Source: an uncultured Pelagimonas sp. (GTDB lineage: Bacteria; Pseudomonadota; Alphaproteobacteria; Rhodobacterales; Rhodobacteraceae). From it: DNA of 64,000 nucleotides. Under the pieces are notes generated by a model. It was not told the origin of the DNA, ran no database searches, and was given only the letters and a program-made list of their open reading frames with translations. Both the position numbers and the translations under genes were made by a program. Below are positions 9,348 through 18,650 of this stretch, one piece after another; the first letter of the stretch is position 1, and each line of letters opens with the position of its first letter. The stretch lies in the NCBI GenBank assembly GCA_947497905.1, contig CANMIH010000006.1, forward strand, positions 82,467-146,466, read 5' to 3'.

Positions 9348-9551
9348 ATGCACATCCTGATAGGCCTCGTGATCGCCTTTGCATTGGTGGCGATCTTTTC
9401 GAACCGCAAAACCCGCCACTGCCGGTGGCGTGAATATCGTGACCTGAATGACGTGGCGGCTGATAGCACATGGCGCTGCGTGCATTGCGGTCTGGAAACT
9501 TCGGGCCATCGTGGCAAAGAGCCGAAAACCTGCCTGCGCGCCCCAGATTGA
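9348..9551 (+). CDS. Small membrane-anchored Cys-rich protein (67 aa)
   Basis: N-terminal transmembrane helix followed by C-X18-C-X2-C-X13-C with flanking His residues. Confidence 0.4.
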   Translation: MHILIGLVIAFALVAIFSNRKTRHCRWREYRDLNDVAADSTWRCVHCGLETSGHRGKEPKTCLRAPD

Positions 9552-9573
9552 CGGGAAACGCAAAAAAAAACTC

Positions 9574-9724
9574 TTGCACGACTCGTCATCCCTTTGCATA
9601 TCCCCGCTCACAGACGCCAACGCACGCGCCTCTGGCGAAAGGGGTAACGCCCCTACGGTTACGTAGCGACGGTAACGTCTCCCTTGGTACTGGTCGGGAC
9701 AGGTATGGCCCGGGTCTATTGGAG
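9574..9724 (+). promoter_or_regulatory. Candidate promoter (TTGCAC-N17-CATATC) and structured leader of about 120 nt upstream of ornithine decarboxylase, possibly speF-type
   Basis: Hexamers read directly. The leader contains the hairpin AGGGG-UAACG-CCCCU and repeated GGUAACG/GGUUACG. The speF leader is a known alphaproteobacterial motif at this position, but its consensus was not verified here. Confidence 0.3.
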
Positions 9725-10894
9725 ATGACCATGAACGCACACGTAGCCGGGCAACCTGCCTGCACTTCACTGACTCGTGCAGAGGCCTACGCCTTTTCTC
9801 ATGATTTTGACTGTCCAACTCTGATTTTGGATCTTGAGGCGGTGAAACGCCAGTATTCCTCATTGGCTCAAGGGCTTGGGCGGGCGCAGATCCATTATGC
9901 CATCAAAGCCAACCCGGCACCCGAGGTGCTGGACGCCTTGCAGGCGATGGGCAGCAATTTTGATGCGGCGTCGCGGGCCGAGATTGATATGTGTTTGCAG
10001 GCTGGTGCCACCGGAGCTCAAATCAGTTTCGGAAACACGATCAAGCGTGCCTCTGACATTGCCTATGCCCATGCCTGCGGAGTGACGCTTTTTGCGGCGG
10101 ACGCTGAGGAAGAGCTTGTTAAGATTGCGCATCATGCGCCCGGGGCTTCGGTCTATATCCGGTTGGTCATGGGGGCCACTGAGGCCGATTGGCCTTTGTC
10201 GCGCAAGTTTGGCTGTGCTGCTGACAAATTCTTGCCGCTGCTGACCCTTGCGAAAGATCTCGGGCTCAATCCGGTTGGGCTCAGCTTTCATGTGGGGTCT
10301 CAGACCCGCCACGCGTCGATGTGGACGCCTGTTCTGGATCAGATTGCGCCTCTGTGGCATCAGGCACGAGCTGCGGGTTTCCCGCTTGAGCTTTTGAACA
10401 TTGGCGGGGGATTTCCAGCCTATCATGGTGCAGATATTGATGCGCCGGAACCCTATGCCGCTGACGTGATGCGCTTGATCCAATCGCGATTTGGGCCCGT
10501 GCCCCATGTCATGGCGGAACCTGGGCGCGCCATGGTTGCCGAAGCGGGTGCTATTGCCTCAGAAGTGTTGCTGGCGTCGCGGAAGTCCGACGAAGATCTT
10601 CACCGCTGGGTCTATCTCGATATCGGGTTGTTTTCTGGTCTGGCCGAAGCCATGGGTGAGGCCATCCGATATGAGTTTCTGACGCGCTGGGATGGGGAAC
10701 AAACCGGGCCCTGCATTGTGGCGGGCCCGTCATGTGATAGCGCAGATGTGTTGTATGAAACCGTTCCTGTGCAATTGCCGGTTTCGCTTCAGGCGGGTGA
10801 TCGGGTCGTGCTTCGCAATTGTGGGGCGTATACAACAACATATGCCTCGGTCGGCTTTAACGGCTTTCCTCCTTTGAAGCAGATTGTGATCTGA
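9725..10894 (+). CDS. Type III PLP-dependent ornithine/lysine decarboxylase
   Basis: HYAIKANP PLP-lysine motif and GGGFP. Alternative start at 9731. The long N-terminal extension in the ORF track is rejected. Confidence 0.88.
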   Translation: MTMNAHVAGQPACTSLTRAEAYAFSHDFDCPTLILDLEAVKRQYSSLAQGLGRAQIHYAIKANPAPEVLDALQAMGSNFDAASRAEIDMCLQAGATGAQISFGNTIKRASDIAYAHACGVTLFAADAEEELVKIAHHAPGASVYIRLVMGATEADWPLSRKFGCAADKFLPLLTLAKDLGLNPVGLSFHVGSQTRHASMWTPVLDQIAPLWHQARAAGFPLELLNIGGGFPAYHGADIDAPEPYAADVMRLIQSRFGPVPHVMAEPGRAMVAEAGAIASEVLLASRKSDEDLHRWVYLDIGLFSGLAEAMGEAIRYEFLTRWDGEQTGPCIVAGPSCDSADVLYETVPVQLPVSLQAGDRVVLRNCGAYTTTYASVGFNGFPPLKQIVI

Positions 10895-10955
10895 TTTCTG
10901 CTTGCGTTGTGGTGGGTCGCAGGGTTCTCTGCTCGCAAATGACAAGGAGGCCCTT

Positions 10956-11801
10956 ATGTCGCAAAGACCTGCAGACGCAGATGCCCGTCGGGCGATTAAG
11001 CCAGTGATTTGTTACCCCAACGAGACTTTGCCGGTTCCAGATATGGACCTGTATCGGGCTGCGCTGGCGACGGCCAAAGTCACAGAAACTCAGGTGGCAG
11101 CCCCACGTGAGGCCTGCACCTTTCAGGTGCCCGCCGGATCGTTCTTTCGGGTGGTGTCCGTTGATGGGCCGCAGGTCGGGGATCTGAACCTCTGGAACGC
11201 AAGTGACCTGGCTGAGCGGTTCTACTCAGGCAAAACCCGCGCGCTGCATGGAACCCATGTGACAACCGGTGAGCGGCTCTGGTCGAGCTTTCCCTATCTG
11301 CGCCCCATGGCGACAATCGTTGACGACAGTCTGAACTGGTACGGCATGGATGAGTATGGTGGATCGGTTCATGATGTGATCGGGACGCGATGTGATCCCT
11401 ACACCGGCAATCTTTTGGCCGGCTCGCAGTATCACCATTGCTGTCATTCCAATTTGACTCGCGCGCTGGCGGATGAAATGGATATCGCAGTAGAGGATGC
11501 CGAACCACATGTGCATGACGTCTTAAACGTCTTCATGTGTACCGGGTTCACGCGTGACACGGGCCAGTACTTCATGAAGGCAAGCCCGGTGCGCCCAGGG
11601 GATGCGTTGACCTTTTTCGCAGAGATCCCGTTGCTCGGAGCCATCAGCGCCTGCCCAGGTGGAGATTGCTCAGCTGAGCACAGTTCAGACACTGCGCCCT
11701 GCTACCCACTGAAGATCGAAATCCTGACGCCTGATGCCGGCGCGCTGGGGGATTGGACCTCTCCTGAGGTGAACGGATATGACCGCAGTCAAGGGCGTTA
11801 A
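10956..11801 (+). CDS. DUF1989 (urea carboxylase-associated family) protein
   Basis: AAGGAGG Shine-Dalgarno before the ATG at 10956. Family-typical sequence FRVVSVDGPQVGDLNLWN. Confidence 0.7.
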   Translation: MSQRPADADARRAIKPVICYPNETLPVPDMDLYRAALATAKVTETQVAAPREACTFQVPAGSFFRVVSVDGPQVGDLNLWNASDLAERFYSGKTRALHGTHVTTGERLWSSFPYLRPMATIVDDSLNWYGMDEYGGSVHDVIGTRCDPYTGNLLAGSQYHHCCHSNLTRALADEMDIAVEDAEPHVHDVLNVFMCTGFTRDTGQYFMKASPVRPGDALTFFAEIPLLGAISACPGGDCSAEHSSDTAPCYPLKIEILTPDAGALGDWTSPEVNGYDRSQGR

Positions 11802-11839
11802 ATAGTCTGAAAGTTGGAACATATTCGAATGGAATATGC

Positions 11840-11875
11840 AAAAGGACCCGCAGCGATAAACTGCGGGTCCTTTCA
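11840..11875. terminator. Bidirectional terminator between the DUF1989 gene and deoD
   Basis: GGACCCGCAG-N7-CTGCGGGTCC flanked by AAAA and TTTC. Confidence 0.8.
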
Positions 11876-11900
11876 AATATGAAATGGGCCGTTTCCCAAT

Positions 11901-12611
11901 TCAGGCGTCTGGGAAAGCCGCCTCAAGTGCCATTTCCACCATGTCGCCAAAGCTGGTTTCCCGTTCATCTGCCGACAGGGCTTCGCCTGTCTGTAAATGA
12001 TCGGAGACAGTCAAAACAGCCAGAGCGCGCGCCTGATAACGTGCCGCAAGAATATAAAGTTCTGCGGCTTCCATTTCGACGGCGAGAATGCCATGTCGAG
12101 TCATTTGCTCGTTCAGGTCAGGACGTTCATCGTAGAATACGTCTGCCGAATAAATGCCGCCAACATGATGCGTTACGCCTTTGCGCTCGGCTGAGGCCAC
12201 AGCATTGCGCAGCAACTCATAATTGGCCGTGGGCGCAAAGTTAATCTCACGAAACATGCCGATTGACGGTGTCGAGAGTGTCGATGCGGTCATAGCGACA
12301 ATGACATCGCGGATTCCCACAGACTTCTGCATGCCGCCACATGAGCCGATACGGATCAGTGTCTTGGCGCCGTAGTCTTTCAGAAGCTCATTGGCGTAGA
12401 TCGATAGCGAAGGCATGCCCATGCCTGAGCCCTGGATGGTGACCCGATTTCCGCGCCACGTTCCCGTAAAGCCCAGCATGCCGCGCACGCGGTTTACGCA
12501 TTCGACGTTTTCCAGAAACTTATGTGCCGCCCATTCCGCGCGCAGCGGATCACCCGGCATCAAAACCGTTTCTGCAATCTGGCCTTTTTCGGCTCCAATA
12601 TGAAGTGACAT
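11901..12611 (-). CDS. deoD: Purine nucleoside phosphorylase, DeoD type
   Basis: 236 aa, hexameric PNP family ([21 protein letters not shown]). Confidence 0.92.
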   Translation of the reverse strand: MSLHIGAEKGQIAETVLMPGDPLRAEWAAHKFLENVECVNRVRGMLGFTGTWRGNRVTIQGSGMGMPSLSIYANELLKDYGAKTLIRIGSCGGMQKSVGIRDVIVAMTASTLSTPSIGMFREINFAPTANYELLRNAVASAERKGVTHHVGGIYSADVFYDERPDLNEQMTRHGILAVEMEAAELYILAARYQARALAVLTVSDHLQTGEALSADERETSFGDMVEMALEAAFPDA

Positions 12612-12612
12612 A

Positions 12613-12921
12613 TTAGATTGCCAGGTCGTCCACGGATTTGCCAGATTTCAGTGCTTCAACAACCCAGTTGGGTTTGCGGCCGCGACCGGTCCAAGTCTGT
12701 GTCGGATCTTCTGGGTTAGCGTATTTGGGGGCGCCTTTGCTGCCTTTGGTGGTGGCAGTTAGGATTTCATCAAGCGAATAGCCGAATTCTTTAACAGCTT
12801 TCTCAGCCGCGATCTTGGCTTCTGCGCGCCGACGCGCGTCGACAGTTTTTAGCGCTTTTGTCGCGTCGTTGATGAGTTTGCTCAGATCTTCTCGTGAAAG
12901 AGATTCAAGGTCGATATTCAT
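12613..12921 (-). CDS. H-NS family nucleoid protein (HvrA-like)
   Basis: C-terminal [14 protein letters not shown]-binding motif and AT-rich upstream region. GGAG lies 5 nt before the ATG at 12921. Confidence 0.85.
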   Translation of the reverse strand: MNIDLESLSREDLSKLINDATKALKTVDARRRAEAKIAAEKAVKEFGYSLDEILTATTKGSKGAPKYANPEDPTQTWTGRGRKPNWVVEALKSGKSVDDLAI

Positions 12922-13094
12922 GGTGTCTCCTATCATTCAGCACTTATTCTGCCAGATTGCAAAAAAAGTCAGGTGCTAATTTGTGTCATTTCACTCATTT
13001 CGCGTGAATATATAGGAAACACCCCTCGATTAATATACCGAGGAGCGTTTTGTTTTCAGTCGATAGGTTAAGTGGCGTTTAGCGCAGGGCGCAA

Positions 13095-15059
13095 TTAGCG
13101 CGGATCAGCCAAGGTGATAATGTCGTGCATGATGGTGTTCAGTTCGAAATCTTTGGGTGTGTAGACACGTGCAACCCCCATGGAGCGAAGCTGTTCCGCG
13201 TCCTCGTCCGGGATGATCCCACCAACTGTCACCGGAATATGGCTGAGATTTTCGTCTTTTAGGCGTTGCAGTACATCCTCAACGAGGGGCAGGTGGCTTC
13301 CGGATAGAATAGAGAGCCCGATCACATGGGTGCCCGCCCGTGCCGCTTCGACGATTTGTTCCGGTGTCAGCCTGATGCCTTCATAGTCGATATCCATGCC
13401 GCAGTCTCGGGCACGAAAGGCGATCTGTTCCGCGCCATTCGAATGGCCGTCGAGACCGGGTTTGCCAACAAGAAATTTGAGGCGCTCACCGAGACGGTCA
13501 CTCACCGCATCAACAGCATTACGCAGATCGTCCAGCCCTTCAGTCATGTTCGACACACCCCGTGCTACACCGGTTGGTCCACGATATTCGCCATGAACGG
13601 CGCGCATTTCTCCCGCCCACTCACCGGTTGTGACACCGGCTTTGGCACAGGCGATTGAGGCGGGCATGACATTTCGCCCGTCTTTTGCGGCAGAGCGCAG
13701 CTCTGCCAGCGCTGCCTGCACGGCGGTGTCATCTCGCGCTGCCCTCCATTCATTCAGCCGTGCCACCTGTTCTTGCTCAACAGCAGGATCGACAACCATG
13801 ATACCGCCGTCTTCGCCAACCAGTGGGCTGTCTTCACCCTCGGTCCAGCGGTTGACCCCAACAACCACGGTTTCCTGCCGCTCGATCTTGTTCAAACGTG
13901 CGGCGTTGCTGTCGACAAGGCGGGCCTTCATATAGTCAATGGCCCCAATGCCGCCGCCCATGGATTCAATATTGGCAAGCTCGGCCCGTGCACCCTCTTT
14001 GAGAGCCGCAACTTTGCGATCCACGGCTGGATTGTTTTCGAACAGATCGTCATATTCCAGAAGATCGGTTTCATATGCCAGGATCTGCTGCATGCGCATC
14101 GACCATTGCTGATCCCAGGGGCGGGGCAGGCCAAGCGCCTCGTTCCAGGCCGGAAGCTGCACCGCGCGGGCGCGCGCCTTTTTCGACAGTGTCACGGCGA
14201 GCATTTCGATCAGGATACGATAGACGTTGTTTTCTGGCTGTTGCTCGGTCAAACCAAGACTGTTCACCTGAACCCCATACCGGAAGCGCCGGAACTTCGG
14301 ATTTTCAACACCATACCGTTCAAGCAGAATCTCATCCCAGAGATCGACAAAAGCGCGCATTTTGCACATCTCAGTGACAAAGCGGATGCCAGCATTCACA
14401 AAGAAGGAAATGCGCCCACAGAGGCTTGGGAAATCTTCGGCCGAGACCCGGGGTTTCAGCTCGTCCAAAACGGCGATGGCCGTCGCCAAAGCAAAGGCAA
14501 GCTCCTGCTCCGGTGTCGCACCCGCTTCTTGCAGGTGATAGGAACACACGTTCATGGGGTTCCATTTCGGCACGTTGTGGTAACAGTATTCTGCCACATC
14601 GCCGATCATTTTGAGACTGGGTTTCGGTGGGCAAATATAGGTGCCACGCGACAGATACTCTTTGATCAGGTCGTTCTGAACCGTGCCCTGAAGCTTGGAA
14701 ATATCTGCCCCCTGTTCCTCTGCTGTGGCGATATAAAGAGCAAGCAACCAAGGCGCCGTGGCATTGATTGTCATCGAGGTGTTCATTTGCTCCAGCGGGA
14801 TCTGGTCAAACAGGGTGCGCATATCGCCGAGATGCCCAACAGGCACACCAACCTTGCCAACTTCGCCACGCGCAAGAATGTGGTCGCTGTCATATCCGGT
14901 CTGCGTGGGCAGGTCGAACGCCACAGATAGTCCTGTTTGGCCCTTAGACAGGTTGGAGCGATACAATTCATTCGAGGCCTTGGCCGTGGAGTGGCCGGCA
15001 TAGGTGCGGATCAGCCAGGGGCGGTCTTTGGCGGGCTGGGTGTCGGTCATCTTGCGCAT
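13095..15059 (-). CDS. ecm: Ethylmalonyl-CoA mutase (MeaA/Ecm), B12-dependent
   Basis: 654 aa fused mutase with a C-terminal B12-binding domain (GLDGHSNGA). Alternative start at 15050. Confidence 0.9.
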   Translation of the reverse strand: MRKMTDTQPAKDRPWLIRTYAGHSTAKASNELYRSNLSKGQTGLSVAFDLPTQTGYDSDHILARGEVGKVGVPVGHLGDMRTLFDQIPLEQMNTSMTINATAPWLLALYIATAEEQGADISKLQGTVQNDLIKEYLSRGTYICPPKPSLKMIGDVAEYCYHNVPKWNPMNVCSYHLQEAGATPEQELAFALATAIAVLDELKPRVSAEDFPSLCGRISFFVNAGIRFVTEMCKMRAFVDLWDEILLERYGVENPKFRRFRYGVQVNSLGLTEQQPENNVYRILIEMLAVTLSKKARARAVQLPAWNEALGLPRPWDQQWSMRMQQILAYETDLLEYDDLFENNPAVDRKVAALKEGARAELANIESMGGGIGAIDYMKARLVDSNAARLNKIERQETVVVGVNRWTEGEDSPLVGEDGGIMVVDPAVEQEQVARLNEWRAARDDTAVQAALAELRSAAKDGRNVMPASIACAKAGVTTGEWAGEMRAVHGEYRGPTGVARGVSNMTEGLDDLRNAVDAVSDRLGERLKFLVGKPGLDGHSNGAEQIAFRARDCGMDIDYEGIRLTPEQIVEAARAGTHVIGLSILSGSHLPLVEDVLQRLKDENLSHIPVTVGGIIPDEDAEQLRSMGVARVYTPKDFELNTIMHDIITLADPR

Positions 15060-15412
15060 TCCTCGGCTTGATTTGGCACTGCAATCTTGTTGCGTTTTGA
15101 AATGTGTATGCGAAACTTTATGTCGCTGTCAATTCGCCGCGCTGCAGCGGTGCAAATGCAGCATGAGTTTTCCTGAATGTGTCCGGGCCTTATTCCGAGC
15201 AAGTGTCGCCAAATATGCAATTTCTGCAATGCGGCACAAAGCCTGATCCTCAATATACGGAATTCCCGTTGCTGAGAGAGGTGGGCTGCTGTTACCACGA
15301 GCGCGCTGCTTTTCTCGGCGAGAGGGGTGGTTTTCCGCTCCCGACTGCAATCCCGAAGATTCGGCTGAAACGGCGCGCATTCCTGAGACGCGCTTTTAGA
15401 GATAAAGACCCT

Positions 15413-16771
15413 ATGACCTCACCGGTGATCCTGCCGCTCTGGCTTTTTGTGCTCATCTTGTGTTTTGCGGCCATCACCTTTGCGTCGCACTTTCTGTTTC
15501 CGTCGGTGCGTTGGTTTCTACGCCGCCGGATGGAACGTGCCGTCGATCAGCTGAACCGCAGACTCGAGCGACCGATTGAGCCGTTCAAGCTGTTGCGCCG
15601 GTATGACCTGATCCAGCGGTTGGTCTACGATCCACAGGTGACCGAGGCCATCGTCGAGCATGCGGAACGCAATCATGTGCGCGAAGACGTGGCGTTTGAG
15701 CGGGCGCGCAAATACGCCCGCGAGATCGTGCCCTCGTTTTCCGCCTTCACTTATTTTGGCTGGGGCGTGCGTCTGGCGCGGTTTTTGTCGAAGTCGCTGT
15801 ACCGGGTCCGTCTCGGGTATCACGACGAAGAGGCGCTGTCGCAACTCGACCCTGACGCTACAATTGTCTTTGTCATGAATCACCGGTCGAACATGGATTA
15901 CGTGCTGGTGACCCACCTTGCCGCAGATCGGTCTGCCCTGTCTTATGCGGTGGGCGAATGGGCACAGGTCTGGCCCCTGTCGCGTCTTATCCGCGCCATG
16001 GGGGCCTATTTTATTCGACGCCGCTCAAACGGTGGGCTCTATCGCAAGGTTCTGCGGCGCTATGTGCAGATGGCAACCAAGGGGGGCGTAACGCAGGCCA
16101 TCTTTCCCGAAGGTGGTTTGAGTCTGGATGGATCCGTAAAGCGCCCGAAGGTTGGATTGCTCAGCTACATCACCGAGGATCTGGACCTTGCCGAACAGAA
16201 CGTTGTTTTTGTACCGGTGGCGCTGAACTACGACCGAGTGTTAGAAGATCAGGTTCTTACCGCCGCCGCCAAAGCAGGCACGCGGCGTTTCAATGCCAAG
16301 ATCACCCATGTTACGCTCGCGACGTTGAAGCTGATCTGGCTCAAGCTTATCGGGCGCTACCATCGGTTCGGCTATGCGGCGGTAAGTTTTGGCAAACCCG
16401 TATCTCTGCGGGACATGCCCGGAATGCTGGAAACGCCAGAAGAGCTGGCCGAAATGCTGATGCAGCGCATTGCCGAGATCATTCCGGTTCTGCCCGTGCC
16501 GTTGGTGTCACATCTGCTGCTGGAACAGTCCCTGTCTGAGGCAGACCTGCAGGCGCGGTTCAACGCGGCGCAGTCCGAGCTGCAGCACGCCCATATCCAT
16601 CTGCCGCATCGGGATCTCAGCTATGCGATGCAGTATGGGCTTGAGCGTTTGACAAAGCGCGGTTTGGTCGAATCGCAGGGCGATTTGCTGAAAGTTACCG
16701 AAGATGGCCGGGCTCTTGTCGAATATTACGCGAACTCAATTAAGCACCTTTTCCCGGACAAACCCCAGTGA
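15413..16771 (+). CDS. Membrane-anchored glycerolipid acyltransferase family protein (PlsB/PlsC-like)
   Basis: H(X)4D motif in VMNHRSNMDY, FPEGG motif and an N-terminal transmembrane helix. Confidence 0.75.
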   Translation: MTSPVILPLWLFVLILCFAAITFASHFLFPSVRWFLRRRMERAVDQLNRRLERPIEPFKLLRRYDLIQRLVYDPQVTEAIVEHAERNHVREDVAFERARKYAREIVPSFSAFTYFGWGVRLARFLSKSLYRVRLGYHDEEALSQLDPDATIVFVMNHRSNMDYVLVTHLAADRSALSYAVGEWAQVWPLSRLIRAMGAYFIRRRSNGGLYRKVLRRYVQMATKGGVTQAIFPEGGLSLDGSVKRPKVGLLSYITEDLDLAEQNVVFVPVALNYDRVLEDQVLTAAAKAGTRRFNAKITHVTLATLKLIWLKLIGRYHRFGYAAVSFGKPVSLRDMPGMLETPEELAEMLMQRIAEIIPVLPVPLVSHLLLEQSLSEADLQARFNAAQSELQHAHIHLPHRDLSYAMQYGLERLTKRGLVESQGDLLKVTEDGRALVEYYANSIKHLFPDKPQ

Positions 16772-16937
16772 TTGCTGCGTTTGCGAAGGTTTTTGCTGCG
16801 TCCGCTCGGTTATAAAATTACAACGAGATGCCGTAATGGGTTGCAATGTTGCGCAGTGAAAGTTATTCCACTGAGCAATCCCCATCATTCTGCGCTGCAG
16901 AGGGGACTGTGTAACCTTTCGACTGCAGGAGGCCGCC

Positions 16938-18221
16938 ATGGCTTTGGATCTCGACACCGGCATTGCCCAGTACGACGCGCCTGAAAAAGATCTTTACGAG
17001 GTGGGTGAAATGCCCCCGCTTGGGTATGTTCCCAAGAAAATGTACGCATGGGCGATCCGTCGTGATCGTCATGGCGAACCCGAGCAGTCGTTCCAGAAAG
17101 AGGTGGTCGACACCTGGCAGGTCGACAGCCACGAGGTGCTTGTTCTCGTGATGGCCGCCGGCGTGAACTACAACGGCGTATGGGCCGGTCTGGGGCAGCC
17201 AATCTCGCCGTTTGATGTGCACGGTCAGGACTATCACATCGCAGGTTCTGATGCCTCGGGCATCGTCTGGGCCGTGGGCGACAAGGTGAAGAACTGGAAA
17301 GTGGGCGACGAGGTTGTCATTCACTGTAACCAGGATGATGGCGACGACGAAGACTGTAATGGCGGCGATCCGATGTTCTCGCCGACCCAGCGGATCTGGG
17401 GCTATGAGACTGGTGATGGCTCGTTTGCGCAGTTTGCCCGCGCACAGGCACAGCAGCTGATGCCGCGCCCCAAGCACCTGACCTGGGAAGAAAGCGCCTG
17501 CTATACTCTGACCCTCGCAACCGCCTACCGCATGCTGTTTGGTCACCACCCCCACGAGCTGAAGCCGGGTCAGAACGTTCTGGTTTGGGGCGCTTCGGGT
17601 GGTCTGGGCTCTTACGCGATCCAATTGGCCAATACGGTTGGCGCCAATGCCATCGGGGTGATTTCGGATGAGAGCAAACGCCAGTTTGTTCTGGATCAGG
17701 GCGCCAAGGGTGTGATCAACCGCAAAGACTTTAACTGTTGGGGGCAGCTCCCCACGGTGAATAGCCCGGAATACAATGACTGGCTGAAAGAAGCGCGCAA
17801 ATTTGGCAAGGCGATCTGGGCGATCACCGGCAAAGGCGTGAATGTGGATATGGTCTTTGAACACCCGGGCGAAGCAACATTCCCCGTTTCAACCCTTGTT
17901 GTGAAAAAGGGCGGTATGGTTGTGATCTGCGCCGGGACCTCTGGTTTCAACACCACCTTTGACGTGCGTTACATGTGGATGCACCAGAAACGTCTGCAGG
18001 GATCGCACTTTGCGCACCTGAAGCAGGCCGCGGCCGCAAACCGTCTGATGTGCGAGCGCCGTCTGGACCCTTGCTTGTCCGAAGTGTTCCCATGGGATGA
18101 GATCCCGCAGGCCCACACCAAAATGCTGCGCAACGAGCACCAGCCCGGCAACATGGCGGTTTTGGTTCAGGCCCCGACTACCGGTCTGCGCACCTTTGAG
18201 GACGCGCTGTCGGCGCGCTAA
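16938..18221 (+). CDS. ccr: Crotonyl-CoA carboxylase/reductase
   Basis: 427 aa MDR-family protein with a Ccr-typical N-terminus (PLGYVPKKMYAWAIRRDRHG). AGGAGG Shine-Dalgarno upstream. Confidence 0.92.
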   Translation: MALDLDTGIAQYDAPEKDLYEVGEMPPLGYVPKKMYAWAIRRDRHGEPEQSFQKEVVDTWQVDSHEVLVLVMAAGVNYNGVWAGLGQPISPFDVHGQDYHIAGSDASGIVWAVGDKVKNWKVGDEVVIHCNQDDGDDEDCNGGDPMFSPTQRIWGYETGDGSFAQFARAQAQQLMPRPKHLTWEESACYTLTLATAYRMLFGHHPHELKPGQNVLVWGASGGLGSYAIQLANTVGANAIGVISDESKRQFVLDQGAKGVINRKDFNCWGQLPTVNSPEYNDWLKEARKFGKAIWAITGKGVNVDMVFEHPGEATFPVSTLVVKKGGMVVICAGTSGFNTTFDVRYMWMHQKRLQGSHFAHLKQAAAANRLMCERRLDPCLSEVFPWDEIPQAHTKMLRNEHQPGNMAVLVQAPTTGLRTFEDALSAR

Positions 18222-18254
18222 TCACACCGCAAATCGGCTGTGACGTGAGATTGA

Positions 18255-18296
18255 AACGCCCGCGAATCGTGTGACCCACGGCGCGGGCGTTTTCGT
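18255..18296 (+). terminator. Rho-independent terminator after ccr
   Basis: ACGCCCGCG-N17-CGCGGGCGT followed by TTTCG. Confidence 0.75.
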
Positions 18297-18443
18297 TGCT
18301 AGTGGCGCAAATTGTCGTATCAATAGGTTGCATCGAAGGACCTCGCAGATTTTGGGGATGGATTTTACGCGAATATTAACGCTCCAACGCTCGTGTTATC
18401 GTTGAGTCAGTGTTAGTTTACCCATCTATGAGTGAGGTTTCTC

Positions 18444-18650
18444 ATGGGACAGAATTGGATTTTGGACGTACTGGTTGACCTGAAAACGTTCGCGCGCAGC
18501 AATGACATGCCGACTCTGGCGGCAACATTGGATGACGCCACTTTTGTTGCTCAGGTTGAACTGGCGTCCCTAGCCGAGGGACAACAGGGTGGGCTCTTTG
18601 GACGACAATCCACGCGTGGATCAGCTGATCGAGAGGCTCGAGGCCTCTGA
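18444..18650 (+). CDS. Small ORF (68 aa) overlapping the luxR start
   Basis: GAGG lies 6 nt before the ATG. The N-terminal 45 residues look helical. The 3' end overlaps luxR by 62 nt in another frame. Confidence 0.35.
   Translation: MGQNWILDVLVDLKTFARSNDMPTLAATLDDATFVAQVELASLAEGQQGGLFGRQSTRGSADREARGL

Noticed and set aside
9470-9724. An 85-codon N-terminal extension of the decarboxylase ORF appears in the six-frame track. There are similar extensions on sdhB (8075), sdhC (4783), mreD (to 35455), the acyltransferase (15179), luxI (19382), usp (56407) and others.
   Set aside because: The extensions are not protein-like and overlap upstream genes, terminators or promoter elements. Internal starts have Shine-Dalgarno sequences and match the family N-termini.
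8949-9863. A 304-aa minus-strand ORF covers the gap between sdhB and the decarboxylase gene.
   Set aside because: It runs through the sdhB terminator and the decarboxylase promoter and start. Its translation is Arg/Ser/Pro-rich with no domain, and it has no convincing ribosome-binding site. The plus-strand small ORFs have better signals.
15139-16900. A shared 9-mer GCGCTGCAG occurs in both the ecm (15139-15147) and ccr (16892-16900) upstream regions and might be a common ethylmalonyl-CoA pathway operator.
   Set aside because: A single shared 9-mer between two regions of about 150 nt is expected by chance at roughly 10-20% probability in GC-rich DNA. The flanks do not align convincingly.
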